Of a stretch of DNA of 64,000 nucleotides, positions 45,169-59,321 are shown piece after piece. The translations under genes and the position numbers were made by a program. Position 1 is the first letter of the stretch; the number at the start of each line of letters is the position of its first letter. The notes beneath the pieces are model-generated. The model did not search any database. It saw nothing but the letters and a program-made list of their open reading frames with translations, and was not told where the DNA came from. The stretch is from Eledone cirrhosa. Its lineage: Eukaryota. Location of the stretch: NCBI GenBank assembly GCA_964016885.1, contig OZ024749.1, forward strand, positions 16,740,001 to 16,804,000, read 5' to 3'.

Positions 45169-45596
45169 CACATATATACATGTATATATTGTACCTTTTG
45201 ATTTTTAATTGTAATTTTAATGTTGGTAAAGGTATATTATTATAATGTATTATGTTATATTACATTATGTTATATATAATTCCTGCTCTATATAACCACA
45301 TTTGTTTAGCTTTAGGTTAGTTGCTTTGGACTATATTTGTAATATGGTTCTTAATGTTATATACATCCTTAGTTATTCTTATTATATATTTTTATTATAT
45401 TTATTTTTATTTTTATTAGATATTTTTGCAAGACTTTAGTGTATGTACACTCCATATTCTTCGGAGCTTCCGGCTTGTATCTGCCGATATTACTTCTTGT
45501 TGTTTTGATTGCCCTGATGAGTCCTTAATAGGACGAAACATTGTTGGCTAATAAAAACTTTTGATGTATTAAAGGATTCTTTGTTTTACTCTCTTA

Positions 45597-45597
<1 letters not shown>
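42800..45597 (+). mobile_element. PLE family A copy 2 (5'-truncated; GIY-YIG region, 3' UTR, HHR at 45511-45548 with GUU site)
   Basis: Homologous to 757-3720; Cys>TGA at 43321. Confidence 0.9.
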
Positions 45598-45649
<52 letters not shown>

Positions 45650-45955
45650 GGTGTGTGTGTGTGTGTGTGTGTATGTGTGTGTGTATGTATGAATGTATGT
45701 ATGTGTATATGTGTATATATGTGTATGTGTATGTAAGTGTACGTTTTATATATATGTGTATGTGTATATATGTATGCGTACATATATATATGTATATATG
45801 TATGTGTGTGTAAGTATGCTTTTGTGTTTTTGTGTGTGTGTTTGCATGTGTAGTTTTATTTTATTTTTCCTTTCCTTCTCCCTTCTCCAGCCTCACTTTC
45901 ATATAGATTGCATTTTTGTTTTTAAAATCCAAATTCAATAAACAAACCAGGATTT

Positions 45956-46014
45956 TTTCATTCTGAGGATTGAAAGCAAACCTTTTGCTTTTAAGAAACC
46001 ACTGGTAAATGGAA
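45956..46014 (+). ncRNA. Type I hammerhead (PLE-E-related pLTR fragment)
   Basis: tttcatt CTGAGGA ttgaaagcaaa-cct-tttgcttttaa GAAA cca-c-tgg TA aatggaa. Confidence 0.85.
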
Positions 46015-46116
46015 TAATTGCCTTATGTTATTTATTACATAATAATAATAATAATTAAGCTCTGTTGCCTACATAGAGCACTCTTTTTTCCTGGACTTTT
46101 CCGATGGAATTACTTC

Positions 46117-46239
<123 letters not shown>

Positions 46240-46272
46240 CATACATATATACATACATATATATATATATAT

Positions 46273-46343
<71 letters not shown>

Positions 46344-46346
46344 CAT

Positions 46347-46419
<73 letters not shown>

Positions 46420-46654
46420 ATCAAAAGATGGTTAAATGAGTTCCATGTATTTTATTATGCGCATTTCAAAAACAAATATCATCATGCAATAACATTTGTC
46501 TTTTCATCAGATAAAATAGGAGGACATGATATGAAGGTTAAAAAACACTTGTGGATAGTGCAGTTTTAAATCAACATATGCTTCTTATCCGATATCTCAA
46601 TTGCTTTATTGTACTACAATAAAACTCACCTCCTACTTATATATATATATATAT

Positions 46655-47482
46655 AAATTAATAAAATAATGAATAAACAAAGAAACAGTTCCTTATATTA
46701 AAAAAAATTCATCATTTTACCATCGTTTCTAGGATATATATGTGTTAGAGTTGGTATGCATATTCTATAGATCTATGTACAATATTTATACAAACTATCA
46801 GAGGGAATATACATACCTACACATATATATGCTGTCTTCAGAAATAATGATATTTGTTTATTGAAAAAAACAAAGATTCAATACAATAGGTCTGTTTGGG
46901 AACAGGTTTTGAATTGACAAATAGAGAGATAGTGAGGGTCAGGATAGTAATATAGTAGTAGAAGAACCTTAAATTATGGGTAGAGGAAGGTAGATTTCAG
47001 TTTTGGATGGAAAAGAATATTATGAATGAAGGATTATTTTAGGGAAGAAATAGATCTTATGCTGACCTCAGAAATAATTTTATTTGTTCATTGAATAAAA
47101 CCAACAAAGATCTAATATATTCTGTCTGTATGGTAAGAGGTTTAGAATTAACCAATAGAAAGTTAATAATTGGCCAAATGGTAAAATAGTAGTAATTGAA
47201 GCTTATTTTAGGGGTGAAAATAGGTCAGGTGGTCAGTAAAAGGTATACAAGCAGTTGCTGTTATAAAATAGTAATGCCAATACAAATATCTAAGGTGACT
47301 AAAGTTTTAAGATAAGAATGTTAGTGAAAAAAATACATCTATGAAAAGAATATAAATTAATTTAATTGATGTGTATAATTTATATTGATAAAATTATACT
47401 AATACATATAGATATGATAAATAAGAGTTAGATGCAGTTGAAAAGTGCTGTTAAAGATGAGGGGAAATTAAAAGAATATAAA

Positions 47483-47513
<31 letters not shown>

Positions 47514-47548
47514 CTTATATATATATATATATATATACACATATATAT

Positions 47549-47616
<68 letters not shown>

Positions 47617-47650
47617 TTACATATATATATATATATACATATGTATACAC

Positions 47651-47687
<37 letters not shown>

Positions 47688-49820
47688 CACATATATACAC
47701 ACATATACATATATATATACATAGATATATACATGCATATATACATACATACACATACACATACACACAACTATACACTTATATAAACATATAATTAATT
47801 GGGGGGGGTTAAATTTATTAGTGAGAAATAGTAAATATATATAGTTTTCAAGGAACATAGAGTCATAACCTGAAGTTAAAACATTATATATGTTTACTTA
47901 ATGGTATCAGTTTTAGGAAATGATATTTGTAAGAAGGAAATCAAAATTATGTAGTTCATCAGTAGTAGAATATTAATTATAGGTTAACTAAATTAAAAAT
48001 AATTTATAAAATTAATTTCTAAAGTGTATATTAATTAGGTTTATAATATTTAAAGGTTTTTCTCAGATTATGATTACACGATATTATTAATTCCTGTTGC
48101 TTATTTAATAGTATATCCTTAGATTTCATTATTTCAAAAAGTTCTTGGGAACATAATCTACATTCATTTCTACTATTTTGATAAGGGGTGGCCCTTTTGA
48201 GCACACTCCAGGTCAGGTCATATTCTATATTCCTCTTTCTATAACTATTTATTATTTCAGCTAGAGATGTTGTATTAGCTTGTGTGGCATTTTTAAAACT
48301 AAGTTTGTGGGTATTAAATCTTACCTTAAATTTGTTAGAGGTAGCTCCTATATATGAATAAATTGAGTCTTTAGTGTTAACTTTACATTTATATACTATG
48401 TTATTAACAAGGCAATTTCCTTTTAATGGACAGTTTGCCTTGTTTCTTCAGTTACAACTTTTCGTGAATCCTGTATCTGAGGAGATATTATGGTTAGTTT
48501 GATGTACTGGTGGTATACTCATGGTTTTTTTACATTTATATGCATTATAGGCACTTATATTTTGTTTTATGTTTTTGGTTGTTGAGTAGGAGAATTTAAC
48601 CGTTGATCTATTTAAGATTTGATGGTATTTGTGGTTTGGCGGGAAGTTTTTCTTTAGGATATTAAAGAATTTTTTAGGTATATTATCCTTAATTTGTAAA
48701 TTAAATGGATCATTGTACCAAGTAACTCGTCTATTACGGTTTCGATGTTGTTTATTGTTTTTATAGGATGCATTTAAGAGAATTATTGTTAATGACCTCA
48801 CCACACACATTTTTAGTTAGAATTATTGATTTAGGTGTTTTAGCTTGTTTATTAGGAGTGTTATTATTAACATTTATTAGAGTTGTATGATGAGTAGTTT
48901 TTTGAGAGTTACTATACTGTATATTAGAAGAGTTAGAGAAATTTGGTTTTATGTTGGTGTTTTGGGGTATAGTATGAGTGGCATTTAGGTGTGTATGTTT
49001 CATTTGGTGTTTGTTGGTAATATTAGGTTGTATGTTTGTAGTGTTATTGGTAGAAGGTATATATACTAAGCTATTTTTGTGGCCACTTCTAGCTAGAGCT
49101 TCGTTATAAAAGGTCGCATTTTTATCAAATACATCTTGGTTAGACGAAAGGTTAGAAATTCTAAGTGATATATTATATGCAAGGTTTTTAAGGATAGATT
49201 TAGGGTGATTAGATTGTGAGTGTATGTAGTGTAAATTTTGGTTGGGTTTATGGTAAGTTTGGTAGATACCCGTAGATAAGTCGAATGTTATATCTAGGAA
49301 ATTAACTACTTTACTTGTGTTTTCAAATGTAATATCTAGACTATAATATTCTTTGAGGAAAGTTCTAATAAGCTTTTTATTTTTTTCTATCTCTGAGAGG
49401 CTAAGGTTATTGGAAAGAAGAAGACAGTCGTCACGATATAAACCACCTTTAAGGTGGGGAAAGGAAGCATTTATGTTAAAAAGAAGAAAGAGGCCCACAA
49501 GATCAGTAATTTGGAAGGGTATATAAGCCTTATAGAAGGATTAGAGTTAAAGGTAGATTTATGATCTTTCAGGTTGAAGTGTGGTCTTTTCAATGCCAAA
49601 GGTTCAGTTCTATCTTCAATATTAAGTCTATTCACTATGCTGTGTGTTTTGTTGTTGATGTTGGTAAGTGACGCATTGTTTGTTTTTCTATAATTTTTCC
49701 TGAGTTCTTTATATATGAACTCATTGTAATTTTCAATGTCCATGTGATATAGATTTCCAGTTTTGTCCACTCGGAAAAAAACTACTCATCATACAACTCC
49801 AATAAATGTTAATAATAAAA
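46655..49820 (-). mobile_element. PLE family B diverged copy (B2): 5'-truncated, internally deleted, long-stem HHR at 46708-46850, short inverted internal piece at 49774-49820
   Basis: ORF pieces 49471-49770, 48761-49498 and 48448-48810 are homologous to the 17685-20126 CDS. Confidence 0.9.
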
Positions 49821-52800
49821 CTCGAATGTGGCTTTTTAGCCCAGCCAATGATCTAAAATGTCTTGCACAGATTCGGCAACCAAAACATTCACTGGGAATA
49901 GTCGGCTGTGGTTGGAGTTTGTGTACTTTTGCATGTCGCCTGAGCCCTCCTGCTGATTTACATTTTCTACCACATGTTTGGCAAGCATGATGAGTAGCAT
50001 CTCCAACAGCAGCCTGGTAGTCAACCACTGGTCTTACTTTATGACTGCGAAGATGACTTTCGAGTCCAGCTTTGCTTAGGCAGAGTCTCGCACATACGCT
50101 GCATGTCAGCACCATAGGAGGACCCTGGCCGTCTGGAAGTGCAACAGCAATGCCCTTCCTCACATCCCGCTTTACTTTCTCGTATGCGATTCGAGATGCC
50201 TCAAAGGCAACTTTTCCCTCATATACAGTCTTTCTCCATTTATTACGATCAGCAGCAATATTCTCCCATGTATCAGCATAGATGTTAGCGTCTTTCAGAG
50301 AGGCTTTCAAGAATCCTTATACCTCTTTTTTTGTTTATGTGGCGGTCGTTTTCCTTTAACCAACTCTCCATAAAAGAGTTGTTTTGGTATTCTAGAATCC
50401 TTCATCCTGGCAAAGTGACCACTCCAACGGAGTCGTTGCTTAAGCACAAGAACTTCTATACTGTCACACATAGAGCTTTCCAAAATCTCGACATCACTGA
50501 TGCGGTCCCTCCAGTGAACGCCATGGATCCGTCTGAGACACATCTGATGGAAACGCTCCAATTGCTTAAGGCGGTGTCGATATGTGACCCAGGTCTCGCA
50601 GGCATAAAGAAGACAAGAGAGCACACATGCCCTGTACACCTTTACATATGTCTTGCCGACCCCAGAGTCGCCTTTCTAGCTTTCCGAAAGCATCACTTGC
50701 TTTCCTAATCCTAAGTGAAATTTCACTGTCAAGGTTGCTGTATCGATTGACAGTGCTTCCCAGGTAGACAAACTGATCAACCACTCCAAGTCGTTTACCA
50801 TACACATAGATGTTTGGTTCAGTGTACTGCTTACCAGGGGCAGGTTGGTACATGACGACGGTTTTCTTGAGACTGACAGTAAGACCTAGGGCAGTGCAAG
50901 CGTCAGAAAATGCATTCAAAATGTGCTGCATATCACTCTCTGTGTGCACTACAAGATCGCAATCATCTGCATACAAGAGGTCTCTTATGATTGATGTAAA
51001 CACTTTTGTCTTCGCAGCAAAGCGCCTGATGTTAAATATGCTGCCTGAGGTTCGATATCGGATGTAAACACCATGCTCGCAATTCCTGAATGCAATACAG
51101 AAGACCATTGCAAAGTATATGGCAAACAGGGTCGGTGCTGGAATATCCCCCTGTTTCACTCCATTTTTTACTGAGATAGGCTCCGACATGTTACCCCCGA
51201 CATTAACCCAAGCCTTCATGTCGTCATGGAAAGACCTAACTAAAGCAAGGAACTTATCAGGGCAACCAAGTTTCTGGAGAACCTTCCATAATGCATCTCT
51301 GTTAACAGTATCGAAAGCTTTTGTCAGATCTACAAAAACCTGATACAGATCCAAGCCTTGTTCCATGCACTTCTCCTGGAGCTGTCTACCTGAGAAGATC
51401 ATATCAGTAGTGCCGCGTCCAGCACGAAAACCAGATTGACTTTCAGGAAGAACACAATCTGCAATGTGTGTCAGCAGACGGTCCAGAAGCACCCTACATA
51501 AAACTTTCCCTACGACAGAAAGCAATGATATACCTCTGTAGTTCCCACAATCGTTCCTGTTACCCTTTCCCTTGTACAAGACCACCATTACTGCATCTCT
51601 CCAGTCCTCAGGTACGGATTCATTAGCCCATATCCTGCCAAACAAAGAGTAAAGATGTTGCAGGAGTCTCTCACCACCATATTGTAGGAGCTCAGCATGT
51701 ATGCCATCCATACCTGGAGATCTTCCACTGTTCAGCTTCGAAATAGCCACTGCAACCTCCACAAGCGTCGGAGGTTCTGCGAGAGCTACTTTCACAGGAC
51801 TTTCTGGAATGAGATTGAGGAAATCTTCACTGACGACGGACGGCTGATTCAAAAGATCATCAAAGTGCTCTCGCCACCTTCGTAGAATTCCTTGTGAGTC
51901 ACAAAGAAGTTCTTTGCCATCTTTGCGGTGTCACCAGAGAAGAAGACGGTCCATAAACCTCACGCAAGAGACTGTACAACAGCTTTGTGTTATTGGAATC
52001 AGACGCAGTTTGTATCTCACCAGCCTTCTCACTCCACCACTGATCCTTCATCTGAGAAAGACTCCGCCTAACACGTGATTTTACATCCCTGAGTTCCTCA
52101 TGCAACGTATTCCTCTCCTGTGGTTTTGCCGTCAAGTAGCGTGACAGAGCACGCCTCTTATCAGCCAACAAGTCTTCTATATGTACATCATTCTCATCAA
52201 ACCAGTCCTGATGTTTCCTCTGCGCCAATCCCAGAACACGCCTGCCTACATCATAAACCGACTTTTTAAGGGTCGGCCAATCCTCACCAAGATCTGCAGC
52301 CTGCATCTCTTCTTCCAATGTCCTCTTCACATTTTTATCCTTAAGACGAGCAGCATTCAATCTTTTGTGCAGGGCAGCACCAGGAGCCCGGATTTTACGT
52401 TTAGTGATTAGTTTCACTTTTGCGCGTACCAGGCGGTGGTCCATCCAGCACTCAGCTCCACGAAGAGCACAAACACACTGCACATCCTGTCTGTCACGCA
52501 TCCTGACTAGGACGTAGTCCAAAAGATGCCATTCCTTAGATGCAGGATGCATCCATGTGGTCTTGAATTTGTTCTTTTGTTGGAACATGGTGTTGGTAAC
52601 ACACAGATCCAGCTCCTCACACATCTGCAGCAGGAGCATACCATTGCTGTTACACTTTCCCACCCCATGCCTTCCGATTACATTCCATGTGTTAAAATCT
52701 CTACCCACTCTAGCATTAAAGTCACCAAGCACAATGACTTTGTCTGCCTGAGGGATATTTCTTAAAACACCTTTCAAGGCATGGTAAAAGGACATCTTTT

Positions 52801-53270
52801 CCTCATCGACAGAACTCATAGTTGGAGCATACACACTCACCAGGGTAGCATATCTTCCCTTGTCCAGCGGAACTCTCATGGACATAAGACGCTCACTAAT
52901 CCCTACTGGGAATTCTTCTAATTTGTTCACAAACACAGTCTTAACAGCAAATCCTACCCCAGCCTCTCTTCTGGTTCCTTCATCTCTTCCTTTCCAGAAG
53001 AATGTATATTCTCCACAAAATTCCGTAAGATAACCATCTCCAGCTAGCCTCGTTTCAGATAAAGCCACGATGTCAAAATCGTAACGTCGAAGCTCCTTTG
53101 CAACAAGAGCGGTCCTTCGTTCAGGACGCCCCAAGGAATCCCCGTCAAGCAGCGTCCGTACGTTCCAGCAGCCAAGACTAAATGCCTTGTTTGGCTCTAT
53201 TACAATGGCACGATGACGAGCGGGCCCAGGCTGTGATAACCTGGGGCCCCTGCCCTTATTGCCAATGATC
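49821..53270 (-). mobile_element. RTE/BovB-like LINE: APE + RT + three C-terminal C2H2-type fingers, frameshifted
   Basis: WNVRTL, LSETR, GDFNA, LDYV, DH; FVDLTKAFD, GVKQG, YADD; CSVC..HLRSH, CQTC..HAKVH, CRIC..SHIR. Confidence 0.93.
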
Positions 53271-53643
53271 TTTTTTGTTCCAGAACCTAAATTGCCAATT
53301 ATCTCTTTTATATTGTTCTGGAACATCATTGAATTGGAAAAAAAAAAGTAATAATAATAATAATAATGATTTCATTTATTAACCACAAGGGCCGACATGT
53401 AGGGGACAATACAAAGACAGGGACAGTGGGGGTTTACAATAAGGTCGAGTAAAAGTGCACAATGGCAAGACTAATTTAACAATGAAAATATAAAATATAA
53501 AATAAACTATGCAAAATATAACAAAATAAATTCCCCGATAGGGGGTGGACGACCCTGGGGTGATTCGGGTACCCCACCAATCCTGAACCACCCTGCGCTT
53601 CTAGGGCACCCAGGAGAGCACCCCTCTCCTCAAGTTAGCCAGC

Positions 53644-56600
53644 CTATAGGCGCATGGTCAGAGTAGGCCCATTCACATGAGCCATTCTCGCCACATTCAC
53701 CCACCTTTTAGCAAATGTACTGGGGGGCAGCACTTCTCTCTCCACCCTCACCCTCCTTTCCAGGTGAAACTTGAAGAAGTTGATGAGGGATTGGCCGAAG
53801 AGAAAAGTGTCTGTCTTTAGTCCTTTCAACCTGGTCCACCATATAATCTCTTTCGCAACTGCCACCAGACAGAGGAAAATGTCCTGCTCTTCCTGACCTA
53901 AGGAAGGTGGCGGCTCGATCTTCACTATGGACTCGGCCGATAACTGGATTCGTTCCACACGCGACAGTAGCTGTTCGACATAACTCCACAAGTCAGTAAT
54001 GCACGGACATTGGACAAGTGCGTGCAGAACGGTTTCGTCGTTCTGTGCGCATCTTGGGCAGGTCCGTCTGACAGCACTTCCGTGCCTGTAGAGTTTATCC
54101 CGAACCGGCAGTGCCCCCCGGTAGCACTGCCAAGCGAGGGATTTCTGGAAATTGTCCATCGTCCCCGGCTCAAAAGTCCTCCGGTACAGACTGGTCAGTT
54201 CGACTTCGTCGAGGCCCAAAGCTTCTCCGAGTGCGTCATCGCACTTGCCCACCACTAATCCTCTATAAAACTCGAGAGTGGAAGTTCCACTGATCGCATT
54301 GCCCGCTTGGTAGAGGGCAGTGAGTGCCTGGCAACATTCCAGGTGCCAGTCACCCAGTCTCGGTGTCTTCTTGACCCAGGACTGCAGCTCAGTCAAAGAA
54401 ATGAGCTGCGGAAAGGCCCGTCTGATAAACGGCGACCACACCTGTTCACCATTGAGGCAGAATATCTGGAGATGTCGCAGCCTCAACGCATGTCTGCGCA
54501 TCATTAGCCACGGCATTCCCAGCCCTCCGTGTAGAGGGTGCTGGCAGCAGATGGACCGCCTCACCAACGGAACTTGTCCCCTCCACAAGAATTTGAAGAG
54601 GAGTCGTTCCAACTTGACGAGGCGGGGGCAAGGCACGACGGTTAGGCGGTAATAGATGACGGACGCGATGTACGCATTCGCCACCTCCGCGCGACCTTTC
54701 AGTGATAGCTTCCTCCCAGCCCATTTTTGGGTGAGACTGGCTACTCTGCTCGTTACCTCGTCCCAATTCTTTTCCACCTGGAGGTCTGGTCCGAACCAAA
54801 CCCCGAGCAACTTTACTGGTCCGTCCGTCCAGCGCCCCACGACGCTGTTGGACGGCATGGGCTTGCCTCTCCAGGTTCCGAGCTGCAAGCCCACCGACTT
54901 TTCCGGGTTAAGTTTGGCTCCTGTCAACCTTTCATATTCTTTCAATAAGGTGCCGACCACCTCGATTTCTGAGGTGTTCGACACCATCACGGTAATGTCG
55001 TCCGCATAAGCCGACACCGCCTTTCCACGTCCCGGTTCGAGCGGGATGCCCTGCAACAGCTCCAGCTTCCGCAGTAAAGGCTCGAGAGTCAATACGTACA
55101 GAAGGGAAGAGAGAGGGCACCCTTGACGGACCGATCGGGAGAGCCGAAATGGTTCCGAGAGGTGGCCATTAACTTTGACCACCGAGCGTGTGCCGCTGTG
55201 CATTGCAACGATCCAGCTTCTAAAGACAGAGCCGAAGCTAGCTGCTTTGAGGACAAACTCCAGATACCGATGGTCGACCCTATCGAATGCTTTCGATTGA
55301 TCTAAATTGATCAGTGCCCCACCGAAGCCAGGTTTACACCCTACCCTCTCTATGATGTATCGCATGAGGTGGAGATTGTCGTGTATGGACCTGGCTGGGA
55401 TTGCGCAAGTTTGCGCCTCCCCAACCAAATCCTCGACGACAAGCGCCAATCTCTTTGCTAACACCTTGGCCAAAATCTTAAACTCTGTGTTGAGCAGAGT
55501 TATGGGCCTGAAGTTGTCTAATGTATCCCTCTTGTTCTCGTCTTTCCTTATCAGCGTCACCACTCCCCTGCTCACAGAACTGGGAATACTCCCATTCTGT
55601 TGCCAGTTACAGTAGAGTGCTTCGAGGAGTTCGGAGAACAAGTCTGGCATATTTACGTAAAGCTCGTAGGGCAGGCCATCCAAGCCGGGTGACTTGCGCC
55701 TCATGCAGCCGACAAGGGCGTCCTGAATTTCGGCTGAAGTAATCGGCCTTTCGCAGCGCTCAGCGTCGACCGTCGAGATGCGCGGCAAGCCGTCAAGGTA
55801 GGGACTGAAATCCGCTACTCTCTCTGACCCGCCACTCTCCCCGAACAACCGAGCAAAGTGCTGGCGAAAGGCCTCACACATCCGCTTGGAATCGCTTATC
55901 TCGTGTCCGTCTCGGTCCGCCAAAGACCGAATTGTGGTTTTAATACCACGCTGCGCCTCCGCCACGCGGGCCCATCGAACAGCTTTAGTTCCCTCGTTTC
56001 TCAGCGCACGCGCCTTAGCTCTGACAATGCAACCTTCGTGTTTGGCATTGAAGAAATGGTCTAATGCCATTCTCGCCGCTAGCACGTCAGTTGCGATGCC
56101 ACTACAAATAGCCTCGTCTAACTTATCTACCAGCTCCCCCTCCTTTCTATTTTTCTCTAACGCTAGTTCTTTGCTGAACTCTATCGAAGTTACTCTAATC
56201 TCTCTTTTGATAGCCCCCCCCCCACCATCTGTTGTTGATGATCCCCCCTGTCAACTTTTGCTTAACTAACTTATTGACTCGGTCCCTGTAAGCCTTACGT
56301 GCCGGAAATGACATGTTCAGCTTCCAGTAACCCGGTCCTAACCTACGCGTTTTATTTAGGTCGACCGTACAGATCACAAATTTGTGATCTGAATAGGCGA
56401 CCGTTTTAAAAAGTGGACAGCCCACACTATTTCTATCTATTTTCCTAATGAAGATTCTGTCTATATACGATCTAGATGACCCCATTCGGTTGGTCCATGT
56501 CCATACTGGCACATTGGGGAAATCTAGTCGATACCTGTCAGACAGTTGGAACTGGCTGAGTAGGTGCTTGAGGCTTTTGCACCCTCCGCTCCTATCGGCT

Positions 56601-57065
56601 ACTCCCACACAATCCCAGCGTGCGTCTAAGATGCCATTCCAGTCCCCCGCTAACAGTAAAGGGCGAGACGTACCCAGAAAGGTTTCCAGGCGCCTAAAGA
56701 AGTCAGGTCGTCCGGCCCCTGTAGGGGCGTAGGCGGCCAGCAGTCTAAAGGCACCACCTTCGCTACTGCTCACATCCAAGACCACCAACTTACCGTCCGG
56801 GTCCCGGAAGATCGACCTTACCTCGAGATCCAGTCCTTTCCTAAACAGCACTGCCACCCCACCCCCCCATTCCCGGCCTGCTAACAGATGCGAAGATCTG
56901 ATAGTCGTCGAAAATGGGGGCTAGTGCACGCGTGTCAGAAATTCTGGTCTCGCTTACGGCAATCACATCCATTTCCAGCGACCGGAGGTCGTTGAGCAGG
57001 CGACCCTGCTTCCAGGGTGACCCCAGGCCGCGAACATTTAAACTTCCTACTCTTAATATGGCCAT
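53644..57065 (-). CDS. Tx1 ORF2 (APE endonuclease - RT - CCHC), two frameshifts in G homopolymers (~56860, ~56218)
   Basis: ORFs 56841-57065, 56195-56857 and 53644-56085. Confidence 0.85.
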
Positions 57066-57074
57066 ATTGGTAAG

Positions 57075-59052
57075 CTAAGAGAGAGAGAGGGAAGGTTTAC
57101 TTACCTCCCGGGTCTTGTGAAGGTCGGGTGGTTCGACCTCCATGGTTGGTGGGGTTTCTTTTGGGAACCCTTTTAAAAGTCTTGATGTGGGTTTCACATT
57201 CGGGTTTCCCACGTCTTGAGGAAAGCTCTCTCGAATTTCTTTGAAAGAATTGAGTGACATTCGGACCAGAAGCAAATCTTCTGGCACGCAAAATGTGCTC
57301 ATTTCAAAAATCTCCTCCTCTGTTTGAATGTCCTCGCTTCGCGCTAAGAGGGCCATCAGTTTATCGTTGGCCCTTCTGACAAGCACGAAGTTTTTAACAT
57401 TTTGTTGGTGTGGTTTTATTTGTTTTCGTTTTGGTGAAGGTGGTGGCGATGGTTTTGGTGGTGTTGTTTCGGGTATGTCTATGTTTGTTGTAGGTGTGGT
57501 GTCTGCAATTTCAGGTATTTGTGTGTTTATTTGTACTTGTGTTTGTTTAGGTTGTTTGCGTTTCGGGGATTGTGGAGGTGGTGTCGATGTTGCTGATGTT
57601 ATTGGGGAAGTGTCTGCGTTAGTGGTGTCTGTATTTTTTGTTGTGTGTGTTTTTGTGTTTTGTAGGGGCTTTTTTTTTTGTGTGAGTTTTCTCTGTTTTT
57701 TTGCACTTTTGGGTTTTCCTTCATCTTCGCTGCTGGAAGACAAAGGGTCTGTGTCTGTGAGTGTCTCTGTGTCTGTGTGTGCGTTTATTTTTTTTTTTTG
57801 TCTATGTATATAGTTGGGGGGAGGGGGGAGTGGGAGAGCTTTCCTCGTTTTCTCCTTGGATTGGTTTTGGTGATGGTGGTGATCCGGCTGCTTTTGATGT
57901 TGGTGTCCGTGTTTTTGTTGATGTTGTTTTTGGTGGTGGTGGTGGTGCAGCTTTCCGTGCTGACACTGGCGTTGGCAACAAAGGAGGTTTGCGACCCCCT
58001 GCATTTTTGCGCTGAGGGCAGAAGGCTTGAAGATGCGTGGCTTCCCCGCAAACGAAGCAGCGTGGCCTTCTTCCGTCAATCATTAGTTGGATTGTTGTCC
58101 CGTCCTGCAGGCGGGCAAAATCTGGGATGTTATTTATATCCTCCGGTTTCATTTGGAGAAGAATCTCCAAATCCATTCCGGACCAGTCTTCTCTCTCTGT
58201 CCTTTTGATGTCCAGGAGGGTGGTGTCTGTCCCCTCCTCGATTACGCATCCCAGCAGCCACCATATGTTCATTCCTGGTGGGATGCTGGGAATGCGTACC
58301 TTCACTGTCCTTTTACCCATATAGGACGGATGCATGATAATGCGTTCCGTTCTGCAGGGGATCACCGAGTGCTTAATAGCGAGGGCCTCGGATTTGAACA
58401 GTACCGAGATGGTACCGAACTGTTTGCCTCTTGCTTTGTACTCTATGTTACTTCCGATGTACTCCAACGCAGCCCCTACCTCTGCTTGGCTCGCAAGTTC
58501 CACTTTTCGTGTCTGCACCGAAATACATCGAAAGAGCACCGTCCTCCTTTGCATGGCCGCTATTGCCTCGTCCGGGATGGTCAGGTTTGCCCAGGACTTC
58601 TCCCGTTTAATTAGCCTCCACGCTTTGGCTAACTGTTCGTCTTTATCGCTAATATCAATATCGATATTCAATAAGCGCTTTGTTTTTGCTGCTGCTGCTG
58701 CAGCAAATGTGGTGTTTCTGATGCTCTTATTGTTGTTGTTGTCATTCTTGCTGTTGCCACCGCCATCCTTGTTTACATTGAAGCTGTCGGTGTTTTTGTC
58801 GTTATTGCTCTGAGTTGTTGTTGTTGTGGTGGTGGTGGTGGTGGTGGCGGCGGTGGTGGTGATGTCGTTTTCAGATGATACAGCTGCTATGCCAGAAGAT
58901 TGTGATGGTAGCTTTTTAGTTTTGCCTTCACATTCAGTAGAGTGGATGACAGGCATGACTGTAGCCGTCGTAGTCGTGGTGAAATCTGCAGTGGCTGCCT
59001 TTAAACTTTTGACCTGAACGTTGTTTACCGTTTCAAGGTCGAAAATTTCCAT
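57075..59052 (-). CDS. Tx1 ORF1 (gag-like, CCHC knuckle), one frameshift near the homopolymer runs at ~57790-57830
   Basis: ORFs 57802-59052 and 57075-58079. Confidence 0.8.
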
Positions 59053-59278
59053 AATTTTCTTTTGGTGGGGAAGCGATTTTTTTTCGAAGATTTTAAAAAT
59101 AAATCTGAATATTCGGGCTTAAAGCCCGAATATTGAGAGGTATCCTCTCTTTAAATCAAGATGTGTACCTTAAGTTTCGTTAATGACAAGAAAATACAAA
59201 AAAAAAGATACTTTAAAAGTGCTTAAAGCTACGAACCGTTTCCCCCGCAGACTTGTCTGTCTTCAGACATGTGCGGCC

Positions 59279-59321
<43 letters not shown>

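Larger units (their letters stand above)
53366..59278 (-). mobile_element. Full-length Tx1/L1-clade LINE (ORF1 + APE-RT ORF2) embedded in (AAT)n
   Basis: ORF1 knuckle CFVCGEATHLQAFC; ORF2 LNVRGL, SETR, GDWN, SDH, LDQSKAFD, RQGCPLS, YADD, CPRC..ET..H..C; AATAAA then (TTA)n. Confidence 0.95.

Noticed and set aside
53708-59017. Short antisense and alternative-frame ORFs over the LINEs
   Set aside because: They are shadow ORFs of GC-richer coding sequence with no motifs.
59108-59134. 13-bp palindrome in the Tx1 5' UTR
   Set aside because: Real, but a single copy with no evidence of function.
59230-59278. CUGAAGA..GAAA at the Tx1 5' end as a hammerhead
   Set aside because: Five extra nucleotides precede GAAA and there is no stem I; it folds better as a simple hairpin.
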